Of a stretch of DNA of 64,000 nt, positions 1-9,492 are shown one piece after another; the first letter of the stretch is position 1; each line of letters starts with the position of its first letter. This DNA is from an uncultured virus (IMG/VR IMGVR_UViG_3300025736_000022) (lineage: Duplodnaviria; Heunggongvirae; Uroviricota; Caudoviricetes), in IMG/VR virus record IMGVR_UViG_3300025736_000022; one strand, given 5' to 3'. The notes under the pieces are model-generated. The model ran no database searches and was not told where the DNA came from. It worked only from the letters and a program-made list of their open reading frames with translations. A program made the translations under genes and the position numbers.

Positions 1-2143
1 ATTCCACTTCCTTTTCCAATTTCTTCTGTTGGAAGTTGAAATATTCAGCCGACTTATCATTCAATCCATCATACATACGATCCCACGCAGCCCATATAGA
101 CTCCTCTGACATGGCATCTATCGGGACAGCTGATTTGAAAGCATCGTCTAACTCTTTGTATATTTTCTGCCTCCACTCTCCAAGACCTTCTCCCGTTGTA
201 ATAGTTTTTGATATGTCTATTTGATCTGCTAATTCTGGAAATTCTTTCATAAGAAGATTTTTTATAGAATCAAAATCTTTCTTCATTTGGTCTCTAACCA
301 GATCAATCATTCTAACTTCTTTTTGTACTACATTGTTTATCGTAGTATCCAATTGAGGCAAAGCTAAATACGAATCCCAATCAAACTGCCCCTCTGGAGG
401 AAGCAACCCTTCAAATTTATCTTTCGGCCACTCGTAAGGTTGTTGTTGTTGTGGAAGAGTACCAGCTGGCATTAGTCCTTTCACAATAGAACCAATTATA
501 GTTTCTACTTGCCTCTTTCCTTTATCAGAAGCCATATAAGAATCTGCATAAGGTTTATTGACAAGGTCTTTTAATGCTGAAATTTCTTTGTGAAAGCTTG
601 TTCCTTCTGGATATGTTATTCCACCACCAAAAGAACCTCCCAATCCTGCCATTCCTTGAAATGCCTTCCCCGCCTTTCCTTCGCTATAAAGAACAGCATT
701 CATACTTTTATTAACATCTTCTATAGTTGATTTCAACTCATTCCACTTATCCTGAACACCCCCAATATTTTCAATCCAGGCTGTACGGAACGTATAGCCA
801 GCAGCTACTACAGCAATCAATGGCACTAATACTTTTAACATAGAAGCTGCTACACCCAACGCTGCTACATTCATCGCTGCAAAAACACCCACCACTAATG
901 CCCCAACCTTTACGATTAACGCCATAGCCAATGCGATAGGGCCTAGAGATGCTGCGAGTACGGCAACAATACCCACAGTTCGTTGAGTCTCTTTATTCAG
1001 ATTCAACCAGAATTTCGCAAATGTTTTTACACCCTCCCCCACTTTTAAAACCATAGGTTCTAAAGTGCTTCCGAAAGAAGCGGCAACAGCCTTAACATGA
1101 ATCCAAATAATCCGCAACTGGCTGCCGAGTGATTTTAACTGCTTGTTGGCGACCTCTTCCGTAATCCCAGCCATTTGATGCAGGTCTTTATTGTATTGCT
1201 CTATCGCATTCCCCAATCCAAGTAATGGCATTACGGCTTGCTGACTTCGAGCTTGAAAACCGAGCAATTCAAGTGCCGCAGCTTTTTCCGTCACACCCAT
1301 CGTACCTAAAACACCTGTCAAATCCCGAACGATATCAGCCATCGGTCGTAGGTTATCTTGAGCATCCACAATAGATATGTTATATCTATCCCACGCCTCC
1401 CTGTTGTCATTGAAACCTTTGATCATCAATCTCAACATTCGTCCAAACAATTCACCACCTTCAGCGCCCTTTTTTCCTTGATCTGCATACGCTGCTAACG
1501 TTGCTACACCATCCTCCAATTCTATTCCGTATGCCTTCATCGCAGGACCAGCGCGCATCAGTGCTTCTGAGAATTGTTGGGTGCTGGCGTTAGCAAGAGT
1601 ATTCGCACCCGTTAAAATGTCAGTGATTTTCACCATGTTCGTCATATTCTGCTGAGAATCGTTTACGGTCAAACCCAAAGCAGATTGGGCATCCGTAACC
1701 AAATCTGTTGCCAACGCCATTTCAAAAGCGCCCGCAGTTGCAAACTTCTGTACAACAGGAAGCGCTGCTATAGATTGCTTCACATCCAAACCAGCACTAG
1801 CTAAGAAGAAATACGATTCAGCCAATTGCGTAGCTGACTGTACACCTTCCATAGATAACGTTCGGGCCAACGATCGCATGTCTGCATCCATATCATCAGT
1901 CACGTTACCCATGATAGCAGTAGATCGTACCATCGCATCATCGAACGAAGCAAATGTCTTAATAGAAGCCACACCTAAAGCCAAAAGTGGAACTGTAACT
2001 TTCATGGTCATATTACGACCGAAAGAATTCAGCCTGTTCTCAGCCCGAGTCATGCGAGTTTCTACATTTCGCATAACCCTAGTCCACTGGTCACTCTCGA
2101 GCTTCAGATGTACAAGCAAATTGCCTAAGTCCAAACTAAACAT
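1..2143 (-). CDS. Tail tape measure protein (TP901-like), 3' end runs off the window
   Basis: Absent from the ORF track because it is open to the window edge. ATG at 2143 reads MFSLDLGNLLVHLKLESDQWTRVMRNV...KTFASFDDAM...SATQLAESYFFLASAGLD, a typical TMP N-terminus. It lies directly after the tail chaperones. Confidence 0.92.
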   Translation of the reverse strand, partial: MFSLDLGNLLVHLKLESDQWTRVMRNVETRMTRAENRLNSFGRNMTMKVTVPLLALGVASIKTFASFDDAMVRSTAIMGNVTDDMDADMRSLARTLSMEGVQSATQLAESYFFLASAGLDVKQSIAALPVVQKFATAGAFEMALATDLVTDAQSALGLTVNDSQQNMTNMVKITDILTGANTLANASTQQFSEALMRAGPAMKAYGIELEDGVATLAAYADQGKKGAEGGELFGRMLRLMIKGFNDNREAWDRYNISIVDAQDNLRPMADIVRDLTGVLGTMGVTEKAAALELLGFQARSQQAVMPLLGLGNAIEQYNKDLHQMAGITEEVANKQLKSLGSQLRIIWIHVKAVAASFGSTLEPMVLKVGEGVKTFAKFWLNLNKETQRTVGIVAVLAASLGPIALAMALIVKVGALVVGVFAAMNVAALGVAASMLKVLVPLIAVVAAGYTFRTAWIENIGGVQDKWNELKSTIEDVNKSMNAVLYSEGKAGKAFQGMAGLGGSFGGGITYPEGTSFHKEISALKDLVNKPYADSYMASDKGKRQVETIIGSIVKGLMPAGTLPQQQQPYEWPKDKFEGLLPPEGQFDWDSYLALPQLDTTINNVVQKEVRMIDLVRDQMKKDFDSIKNLLMKEFPELADQIDISKTITTGEGLGEWRQKIYKELDDAFKSAVPIDAMSEESIWAAWDRMYDGLNDKSAEYFNFQQKKLEKEVE

Positions 2144-2144
2144 G

Positions 2145-2534
2145 CTAGGCCCTCTTTTTAGGTTTTCGTTTCACACTACTGGAAGCCAAAATAAATTGAC
2201 GCCAATATGCTTTAACCCTACTAACGCTTTTCGCCTTTTCTTCAGGTGTAATACTCTTGGGTTTTTTCTTTCCACGAATCAAAAAAGATTCCAGCTTAAT
2301 CTGGCTTGGATCGTTTGTATGCGTTTTAACGATATACATAGCAATCTGTGCTAAATACCTCTCTTGTACATGCTCCCTGCACGTTGTTGCTTCTATGCGT
2401 TCGTCCTCTTCCTTAAAAATGATTCGCCATTTGTAAAACTCTGTAGCTGTTGTTTCTTGTTGGCACCTTTGTTTGGACATATGTAATCGGGTAGCGAGTC
2501 GGTACCAACTACGCTCCCGAATCGTCAGTTTCCC
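2145..2534 (-). CDS. Tail assembly chaperone, gpT-like part reached by -1 frameshift
   Basis: The -1 frame is open from the slippery site at 2534 (GKLTIRERSWYRLATRLH) into ORF 2145..2480. It lies between the gpG-like gene and the TMP. Confidence 0.75.
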   Translation of the reverse strand, partial: GKLTIRERSWYRLATRLHMSKQRCQQETTATEFYKWRIIFKEEDERIEATTCREHVQERYLAQIAMYIVKTHTNDPSQIKLESFLIRGKKKPKSITPEEKAKSVSRVKAYWRQFILASSSVKRKPKKRA

Positions 2535-2893
2535 TCAGTCTCATCTTTCTCATCAAGCTTGTTGAGTTTTTGTGCGCTTCCAAACAATTCCTTTTGAACC
2601 TTGTGAGGGAATTTGCCAATCTCATCTACTGTAACTTTCTCCCCGTTCGCTTTATGCAAACAGAAAGACAGCAAAGAACTGTACATGCCTTTATAACTCT
2701 TGATAGTCTTTACCTTCACCTTGCCTGTCTCATCTACCTCAACATCCAATCTTTCTCGATTGGATTCGAGATATCCTTCCAGGTCATCCCCGGACATTTC
2801 TCGCAAGCTGTAGGTTGCTTCCTGACCTGTCGTATCTGTGAGAATAACAGGCTGCTCTTCCAGTTTCAAACTGAGTTTGATTGGATCTCCCAT
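2525..2893 (-). CDS. Tail assembly chaperone (gpG-like)
   Basis: 122-aa acidic protein between the tail genes and the TMP, ending in a slippery heptamer. Confidence 0.8.
   Translation of the reverse strand: MGDPIKLSLKLEEQPVILTDTTGQEATYSLREMSGDDLEGYLESNRERLDVEVDETGKVKVKTIKSYKGMYSSLLSFCLHKANGEKVTVDEIGKFPHKVQKELFGSAQKLNKLDEKDETEGN
2528..2534 (-). other. Programmed -1 ribosomal frameshift site G GGA AAC
   Basis: The minus strand reads GAG GGA AAC TGA at the end of the chaperone gene. This is an X XXY YYZ heptamer in the correct phase. Confidence 0.8.
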
Positions 2894-2925
2894 CTGACAA
2901 ACCTTTCCATTTTTCGCGTGTGCTA

Positions 2926-3372
2926 TTATTTTAGTGAAGCCAACAACTTTACCGATAGAATGTTCCTTTGTTTGGAGTCCACACTTTCGGTCACTATTCC
3001 ACTTTCTCTGCTGATATTCAAAATTGTGTAAACCCTTTCGTCAACAGTCGCATACCGATTGCTAAGAGCAATCAAAGTTTTAATTGTTGCAGACAACTTA
3101 GTCCAAGCAACCCTATAAGACGCGGCTCTAACGCACACCAAAACACAATAGCGTTGATGTTCCTCACCATTCATGTTCTTGCCTTGGTAATCGCCGCTGA
3201 CATCATGAACGGCTGCAGCAGAATCCTCAACACTATTATGATCTGGCAAATTGCCTGTAAACAGAGGCCAAGTATCACTCACCGCAGGCTTTGTAAAAAG
3301 CTCCAGTGTAGTTGTCAAATACTCAGCCAAAACATCTGCTGCCGATCCTACTGTATCAATCAAGGGTAACAT
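2926..3372 (-). CDS. Tail terminator/tail completion-like protein (stand-alone paralogue)
   Basis: Probable ATG at 3372 (MLPLIDTVG), since the longer ORF overlaps the upstream gene. Aligns by eye with the C-terminal ~140 aa of 4243..6597 (LAEYL/LAAYL, WPLF/WPVF, GKNMNG/GKGMGG). Confidence 0.65.
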   Translation of the reverse strand: MLPLIDTVGSAADVLAEYLTTTLELFTKPAVSDTWPLFTGNLPDHNSVEDSAAAVHDVSGDYQGKNMNGEEHQRYCVLVCVRAASYRVAWTKLSATIKTLIALSNRYATVDERVYTILNISRESGIVTESVDSKQRNILSVKLLASLK

Positions 3373-3751
3373 CAAGATCGCCAATAGCAAAGCTTGCGGT
3401 GTCACCATCCCCAATAGTCTTGGGTACTGTAACAGAACCATGGGCTAGTAGCTGACCAGCAGTTAGAGCATTAAAGAGCCCGAAGTGAGTTATTTCGCCC
3501 CAAGCCCCCGACGATTCTGCAAATTCAATAGCAGCGGCATTAGCTGTCGCACCCGCAGCAGCCGCATCCCAATCAGACGCTGCCGTTTCTACACGCGCGT
3601 ACGAATTGCCACTTGGTTCAGCCAGCCCACCCCCACTTTCCTCAGGGTCAGCAGTAGATAGACCCACCCAAATCGTCGGCGGGGTGTAAACACCTTTACC
3701 AAACAAGTGATCCAAAATCGCAATTTCCCAGTAGTTTGAAAAACTTCCCAT
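3356..3751 (-). CDS. Small virion structural protein (tail-fibre-associated family with ..GLSTADP...GNSYAR...WG.ITHFGL..)
   Basis: The motif pattern is common in siphophage tail-associated proteins, and the gene lies in the tail module. Confidence 0.7.
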   Translation of the reverse strand: MGSFSNYWEIAILDHLFGKGVYTPPTIWVGLSTADPEESGGGLAEPSGNSYARVETAASDWDAAAAGATANAAAIEFAESSGAWGEITHFGLFNALTAGQLLAHGSVTVPKTIGDGDTASFAIGDLDVTLD

Positions 3752-3801
3752 TTGATTATCCTTTCCATTTCTACAAAATGTCTACTGCAACAAGTAGATC
3801 A

Positions 3802-4230
3802 TTATCCTAGTGCGGGTGCAATCTCATCACCACTGCCATCTATGTTGCTGACCTCAATAGAGACTGTAGCTGTCGGAGCGCTACCTTCAACGATTTCATT
3901 CGGCATGAACGAATTAATCCATCCAAAGAAAGTCCACGTCTGATCGTCTGGAAAAGTAAGCAAAATTGATTGGTTAGCATTAATCATATCCAAAATACCA
4001 TCAATAAAGGCCGGATCGTAATGACATGTCATTTGTGATCCAGACAAACTCTTGAGGGTTTTTGGATATTTCGTCCGCCATGCTGTATTCCGCATATTCG
4101 TCACATCATTCGGGCCACCACCATCCACACCGGGGGGAGTTACAGCTTGCTCCTCAAAATAAAGAGCTACACCCGAAGCAGCATCAGCAAACGTCATCGT
4201 TGTTGGAAATCCTTCAGTCATAATCGCCAT
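3802..4230 (-). CDS. Major tail tube protein (lambda-like)
   Basis: 142 aa with DVTNM..T.WRT..P..L and LTFPD..TWTF.G.I..F motifs, in the canonical position. Confidence 0.82.
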   Translation of the reverse strand: MAIMTEGFPTTMTFADAASGVALYFEEQAVTPPGVDGGGPNDVTNMRNTAWRTKYPKTLKSLSGSQMTCHYDPAFIDGILDMINANQSILLTFPDDQTWTFFGWINSFMPNEIVEGSAPTATVSIEVSNIDGSGDEIAPALG

Positions 4231-4242
4231 GATCCAAACTCC

Positions 4243-6597
4243 TTAAAGTTCTGAATACGCCAGTAACAGATTAGTTACAAAATGATCCCTACGTTTTTTA
4301 TCCCGTGTCAAATGATGAATCGTTGTTGTGCGTTGAATGTTGTGTATTTTGAACACCCTACTTTCTACCGTTACATTTTCCCCTGCTACGGTTTTCAAAT
4401 TATCCAATGTTAACGCTAATTTGGAACTGGTAGTGCTATAACCCACGCCCCTTATTCTGAATTGTATTCCGTGCCGCTCATTCTCTGTCCCCCCCATACC
4501 CTTCCCATCCACAATGCTTGTGGTATCATAGAGACATCCAAGATTGTTGGCGACGTCGCTTGCTTCGGGAAATCTGCGAGTGAAAACAGGCCAATCATCA
4601 TCTTCAGAAGGATCGGAAAATAAATCTTGGGCTTTCAAATAGGCAGCAAGAATAGTTGATTGTGGAAGGGTGCCCGCAGATATGACTGGGGCAGATTCAA
4701 CACCCAATGCACCGGTTACAGTCGATTGGGCCGCTATCGATCCTACCAATTCTATCAGTAACGTTGATAGGTTAGCAGATAGGGACGATGTAGCAGCCAA
4801 ACTCCCCTTTAAACTCACTACTCTGCTAAGCGTGCCTGTAACAACTGATTGTGCTACTACTGTACCTTGTACTTCCCGTACAATCGAAATGGAACAGGTA
4901 ACGGCTGATTGGGCTGCTATGGAACCTTGTAAAGTAACGAGTATTTCTTCAACTGTAAGCGTGCCCGTAACGACTGATTGCGCCGCCGTTGATCCTGCTA
5001 ACTTCCTACCGACTGAAAGAGCGCCAACAACAACCGATTGACTTGTTATTGCTCCTTGTAGTTCGACAGAACCTTTAATAGTAAGAGCACCTGAAACAAC
5101 TGATTGCGATGCTACTACGCCAACCAACTTCTTACCGACTGAAAGTGAACCTACAACAGCCGATTGCGATGCTACTACACCTTGCACATTTCGGGTGACT
5201 GCTAAACCACCCACAACAACCGATTGACTTGTTATTGCTCCTTGTACTTTCTTACTAACTGAAAGTGAACCTGTAACAACTGATTGGACTGATGATGATC
5301 CAACTAACTTCTTACCGACTGAAAGAGCGCCAACAACAACCGATTGTGCCGCGATAATACCCTGTAAATCAACAGCACCTTCAACCGAAAGTGAACCACT
5401 TACGACAGATTGGGCTGTTACTGCTCCTGCTAACTTCTTACCGACTGAAAGTGAACCACTAACAACTGATTGAACTGTCGTTAATCCTGCCAACTTTTTA
5501 TCTGTTGAAAGCGAACCACTTACGACAGATTGAACTGTCGTTAATCCTGCCAACTTTTTATCTGTTGAAAGTGAACCACTGACGACCGATTGACTTGCTA
5601 TTGCTCCTTGTATGTTTCGAGCAACGGTTAAACCGCCCGAAACGGTTGTAACCGCCGCGATAGCTCCACTGATACCCCGTACAACCGCCACACGGCCTGT
5701 TAGAGCCGTTGTACCCGTAATAAGGCCAGATATACCCATACCGACCGAGATCGCAGCTGAGACAGTGGATACGGCTGCTGTAGACCCCGCTAACGATGCC
5801 GCAAGAGACATAGAACCAGTCACAGCCGCTTGAGCTGCAATTACTCCCGCTAAAGCCTGGGATGTCCCACCACTGCCGACCAACGCCCCCCAGAACTCGA
5901 TGGGCTCGCGGCGGAACATCTGGCGGGAATCGCGGTAGAAACTACGGATTACAGAAGGGCTAAGCTCGCAATTATAGAGCGAGACAGAATCCAAGTGCCC
6001 TTCGTATGCAGCACCGGGGGACGAGTCACCGGCAAGGCCAAGCGTCCACTTGTTCATCGATGTAATGAACGGGACTGAAGACGCATTGGACGCCTCTAAA
6101 TTGCCGTCCACGTAAAGACGCCTATCAGTCGCCGTAGCAAACACGGCCACGACGTGATGCCAGTTCCCATCGTTGAATGCGTTGGTGGAAGCAGTGTACT
6201 TCTCACTTGCATTTCTGGCGGAAATCGTTATATGGCCGGAGACATCCCGAAACCATACAACGAACATCTTGTCAGTCCTAGTGCCATCCCCCATCCAGAA
6301 CAAAGTTGACCACGTCGTTGCAGTCGATCGCGTCCAGAAAGAAACCGAAAACGGATACCCATTGATGTTCTTAGGGACGCCGTTAACGCCATTCGTGCTT
6401 TCATCGAAGTAAAGCGAGACACCCCGCGAAGTCGTTTCCCATGACACATCCGAAGACGTGCCAAACGTTCCATGCGAATTATACCCGCTCAGATCGACAA
6501 GCTTTGTTCCGCCCGCTCCCTGGATAGACGGGTCCCACAGGCCGACGAGACCATCAGTGCCGGGGAGAACCAATTTGGATGGAGCGAAGATAGGCAT
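4243..6597 (-). CDS. Virion protein: LamG/ConA-like domain + ~20-aa repeat fibre + C-terminal tail-terminator-like domain
   Basis: The N-terminus has LVGLW...DLSG...NDGNWHHVVAV...LYVDG...G.LDSV.LYN (LamG). The centre has (L.G.I..QSVVSGSLS) repeats. The C-terminus is paralogous to 2926..3372. Confidence 0.8.
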   Translation of the reverse strand: MPIFAPSKLVLPGTDGLVGLWDPSIQGAGGTKLVDLSGYNSHGTFGTSSDVSWETTSRGVSLYFDESTNGVNGVPKNINGYPFSVSFWTRSTATTWSTLFWMGDGTRTDKMFVVWFRDVSGHITISARNASEKYTASTNAFNDGNWHHVVAVFATATDRRLYVDGNLEASNASSVPFITSMNKWTLGLAGDSSPGAAYEGHLDSVSLYNCELSPSVIRSFYRDSRQMFRREPIEFWGALVGSGGTSQALAGVIAAQAAVTGSMSLAASLAGSTAAVSTVSAAISVGMGISGLITGTTALTGRVAVVRGISGAIAAVTTVSGGLTVARNIQGAIASQSVVSGSLSTDKKLAGLTTVQSVVSGSLSTDKKLAGLTTVQSVVSGSLSVGKKLAGAVTAQSVVSGSLSVEGAVDLQGIIAAQSVVVGALSVGKKLVGSSSVQSVVTGSLSVSKKVQGAITSQSVVVGGLAVTRNVQGVVASQSAVVGSLSVGKKLVGVVASQSVVSGALTIKGSVELQGAITSQSVVVGALSVGRKLAGSTAAQSVVTGTLTVEEILVTLQGSIAAQSAVTCSISIVREVQGTVVAQSVVTGTLSRVVSLKGSLAATSSLSANLSTLLIELVGSIAAQSTVTGALGVESAPVISAGTLPQSTILAAYLKAQDLFSDPSEDDDWPVFTRRFPEASDVANNLGCLYDTTSIVDGKGMGGTENERHGIQFRIRGVGYSTTSSKLALTLDNLKTVAGENVTVESRVFKIHNIQRTTTIHHLTRDKKRRDHFVTNLLLAYSEL
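4700..5860 (-). repeat. Coding tandem repeat, ~60-bp period (20-aa units)
   Basis: Near-identical 60-bp units at 5401-5580 (...gattgaactgtcgttaatcctgccaactttttatctgttgaaag.gaaccact), with degenerate units on both sides. Confidence 0.85.
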
Positions 6598-6602
6598 TGT
6601 CG

Positions 6603-7043
6603 TCAGAGACTAAAGTTTTTAGCCGCCCCTTCATCAGCAGCGTCTGTACTCATTTGCAACGCACAGACAAAATCCATGTGTAGTTCAATATCGAAGTCGG
6701 CTTGATCGGAGGGCCATACGCTGTTGTCTGTTGATTCTTCGACATAGAGATACATCGTACCATCGCTACTGGTCAGATCGGCGACGACGCGGAAGGTTCC
6801 ATTGAGACCGAGATACAAATCGGAACTGTTATCGACCACAGTCCCCTCAGTTTCAGCAGCAGCTGCCAGCGATCCACCAGTCGTCAGGAAAGCAGAATTC
6901 TGCTTGACCTCAGCCCCGTTACTTCTGGCCCCGCCATCAAACTTCCAAGGAATCCACGTCACCTCAATGACGGCACCATCGTTGAAAGTCAACGTCAAAT
7001 CAAGAGCACTGAGCACTCGAAATCTAAAGTATTTTGCGAGCAT
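6603..7043 (-). CDS. Hypothetical beta-rich virion-associated protein
   Basis: ATG at 7043 follows GGGAGG (MLAKYFRF). It sits next to the LamG gene. Confidence 0.6.
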   Translation of the reverse strand: MLAKYFRFRVLSALDLTLTFNDGAVIEVTWIPWKFDGGARSNGAEVKQNSAFLTTGGSLAAAAETEGTVVDNSSDLYLGLNGTFRVVADLTSSDGTMYLYVEESTDNSVWPSDQADFDIELHMDFVCALQMSTDAADEGAAKNFSL

Positions 7044-7044
7044 C

Positions 7045-7320
7045 TTATGCCTCCCGTGCTTCAAAATTTGCTTTAGCTGCCGCTTCCAACGTACCCAAAA
7101 CATTTTTAATCGCAGCAGCTTTGGTTGTGATAGTCTCGTATTTTGCCCATAACCTATCCAAAGCGGCCAACTTCAATTCCGGGGTTGAAATATCAGCGCT
7201 GAGAGCAACAGATACAGTAGTTGGAGGATTTGTGGCATCGTCGGATCGTGTGGCGTTGATCCTTACAATCTGATTTTCAATATCCTCAACAGCCAGCTTG
7301 AAGTCCCAAGTACCCGCCAT
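7045..7320 (-). CDS. Hypothetical protein
   Basis: 91-aa ORF with a GGGAG RBS, packed in the operon. Confidence 0.6.
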   Translation of the reverse strand: MAGTWDFKLAVEDIENQIVRINATRSDDATNPPTTVSVALSADISTPELKLAALDRLWAKYETITTKAAAIKNVLGTLEAAAKANFEAREA

Positions 7321-7342
7321 AATTATCTCCCTTTATACCACG

Positions 7343-7705
7343 TCATATCGTGCCCGCTATGATAGCAAGTATCTTTCTGCGATTCTCTATTACTGGATGT
7401 TCAAGATACTTTGCTTTCTTTCCCGGTTTATGCCTAGCCTGCAAATCCTCGTGGACATACGCAGCATAAAAAGCCGTATAGCCAACAGCAATATCAGCTG
7501 TAAATCCAATCCCTTTCAATTTGCGTGTGAAGGCTGAATTTTTCAACACCGCATATTCCACAGGCACCACTTTTTGACTTTCCCGCTGAACAAACAAACC
7601 GGCCCTTTTGAGACGTCCCTCCATAAGCATTCCCTGCTGCATGCCAACCGCACGGAGTTTCGCCATGATACTTGAAACACCAGTAACATGTGTTATCCTT
7701 GCCAT
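7343..7705 (-). CDS. Neck/tail completion protein (HK97 gp10-like)
   Basis: SQKVVPVEYAVLKNSA...VGYTAFYAAYVHE...KAKYLE motifs. Confidence 0.8.
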   Translation of the reverse strand: MARITHVTGVSSIMAKLRAVGMQQGMLMEGRLKRAGLFVQRESQKVVPVEYAVLKNSAFTRKLKGIGFTADIAVGYTAFYAAYVHEDLQARHKPGKKAKYLEHPVIENRRKILAIIAGTI

Positions 7706-8067
7706 TACAAGTACGCCCACCTAAACATCACAGTAGCTTTTCTATTGGGCACTGTATCGTATCGTTTGATTTGGTACGCTCCGTCATTCAGCAATGGGTT
7801 GTCGGCGTCCGTTATATCCGTCAACTCACCTTCCATCAAAACACCACCCACCGCAACACCATCCACCATTACTACAGCTTTGCTTACAACCTCCTCTCCC
7901 TTATCATCCATAAACTTTTCTATTCTTCCCTCCCAACGACATTTCAACGCTTGAGGAGTTGCAAACTGTGGCTCCCCATAGCTATTGAAACTCTGAGCAC
8001 CAGACTCAGTGAGATCCAGGGGCCAATACACACAATCCTGATTTTGGATACGGCTTTTATTAGGCAT
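7705..8067 (-). CDS. Head closure/head-tail joining protein
   Basis: VYW...YGEP......LKCRWE....D..GEEVVSKAVV pattern, in the neck module. Confidence 0.7.
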   Translation of the reverse strand: MPNKSRIQNQDCVYWPLDLTESGAQSFNSYGEPQFATPQALKCRWEGRIEKFMDDKGEEVVSKAVVMVDGVAVGGVLMEGELTDITDADNPLLNDGAYQIKRYDTVPNRKATVMFRWAYL

Positions 8068-8416
8068 CTGTTTTCTCAACCAAAACCTGGACCCTATTCA
8101 GTGTAACTATCATTCTTTCAAACTGAGTGTCCTGTGCTGTACGATTTTCTTTCTGTGCCTCCAAATCTTCCTTTCGCTGCGCAACAATCGTTTCAAACAT
8201 GATGTCAAACCGTCTAACTATCTGTTGGCAATTGTCAGTGTGTTGGACAGTGCTAAATTTGCGGTCCAACTCATCCCTAGTCACAACTTGTTTCAAACTT
8301 CCGTTACCCTTGGTTCCGTTACTCTTGGTTCGATTTAGAAATCCAAAAACCTCCCTCAAAACAACGATGCAAAAAATACCGCCAATCCCAAGCTGTGTTA
8401 ATGGCGAACTATCCAT
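8060..8416 (-). CDS. Single-TM membrane protein, holin-like
   Basis: N-terminal LTQLGIGGIFCIVVLREVFGFL followed by a coiled-coil-like tail. Confidence 0.45.
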   Translation of the reverse strand: MDSSPLTQLGIGGIFCIVVLREVFGFLNRTKSNGTKGNGSLKQVVTRDELDRKFSTVQHTDNCQQIVRRFDIMFETIVAQRKEDLEAQKENRTAQDTQFERMIVTLNRVQVLVEKTDA

Positions 8417-8425
8417 TGTGCCTCC

Positions 8426-8836
8426 TCATGAACTGGTTTCCGTTGAATTGGGATTTTCTGTACCCGCCCAATCCAAGTCAACCGTTCTCCCTAAACCCTC
8501 TTTCATCGATTTGTCCAGTGCCGCAAGCGCGCCACTCCAATCCAACCTCATTGCAGTTTGGCCAAACTCCGTCGAATTGAAACCAAGATCCTCGGAATGT
8601 TGAAAAGTATCCGCGATTGTACTCACTTTTTCCGAAATCGTTCGCCTGTACTTCAACGAATACAAATGAGCCGTTAGATACCGTTCAATCAATTCCAATT
8701 CAGTCGCTGTCAAAGCAGTATCAGTACAATGTTTGGTCACGATGACATTCGCAACCGTGATGATGGAATCAACAGACGTATCCGAATCCAACTCGACTAT
8801 TGTGCCAACCAAAGCTTCCGTTGTCCTGACAGCCAT
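8426..8836 (-). CDS. Head-tail connector/adaptor
   Basis: LELIERYLTAHL...STEFGQTAMRLDWSG.L motif, downstream of the capsid gene. Confidence 0.72.
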   Translation of the reverse strand: MAVRTTEALVGTIVELDSDTSVDSIITVANVIVTKHCTDTALTATELELIERYLTAHLYSLKYRRTISEKVSTIADTFQHSEDLGFNSTEFGQTAMRLDWSGALAALDKSMKEGLGRTVDLDWAGTENPNSTETSS

Positions 8837-9489
8837 CAGTCGATCCCTTTCTCACACGTACGCGCAGCCCAAAACTCAGTTGGATTCAGCCAAGGAATAA
8901 GATCAGACGACAAAGCACTACAATCTGTAACATTGTAGATTTCAACATCAGAAAACTTTGCTTTCCAATCGTGCACAAGCCTTTTGAAACATCTAACAAA
9001 CATTTCATAAATCTTGGGTGCGGTTGCCGCAGGTCTAACGTTATCAACATGCCAATTAGATTTGTCATCTATTCGTTGCATATCAAAACCCAATAAGTAG
9101 ATTCGTTGGGCTCCCAACAATATAGCTAGGTTAATGGCAGCTGCACCCGTGTTGCCATTCCAACCAATACCGTCCGGATGTAGTCCCGTACCGTACCGCT
9201 TCACAAACCACAACCACAAATCTTTAGTCTTCTTAAGTCCTGTAACGTTGGTAAAAACTGGATTAGAGAATCGAGACAAATTATCTCTGTGGTGTTTATA
9301 CCACGTCATGTCTCCAAAAAAACATAGTTTGCAAACCCGCTCACCCCATTTGTAGGCATCATTACATCCAATCGTGTGTTCATCATGTAACAACGACCAA
9401 TCAAACTTCATCTTTTGCAAACTATGGCCACCGCCGATGATAAACACATCACCACCTAGCCAAACAGGATCTATCGTCCAAACAGACAT
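8836..9489 (-). CDS. Maf/MptE-like (sialyltransferase-like Rossmann) putative glycosyltransferase
   Basis: VFIIGGGHSL...IGCNDAY...NTGAAAINLAILLGAQRIYLLGFD...IYNVT motifs. Confidence 0.72.
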   Translation of the reverse strand: MSVWTIDPVWLGGDVFIIGGGHSLQKMKFDWSLLHDEHTIGCNDAYKWGERVCKLCFFGDMTWYKHHRDNLSRFSNPVFTNVTGLKKTKDLWLWFVKRYGTGLHPDGIGWNGNTGAAAINLAILLGAQRIYLLGFDMQRIDDKSNWHVDNVRPAATAPKIYEMFVRCFKRLVHDWKAKFSDVEIYNVTDCSALSSDLIPWLNPTEFWAARTCEKGID

Positions 9490-9492
9490 AGC

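Noticed and set aside
4700..5860. Possible CRISPR array or DGR from the 60-bp periodic repeats
   Set aside because: The repeats are in-frame coding units without unique spacers, and no cas or reverse transcriptase gene is present.
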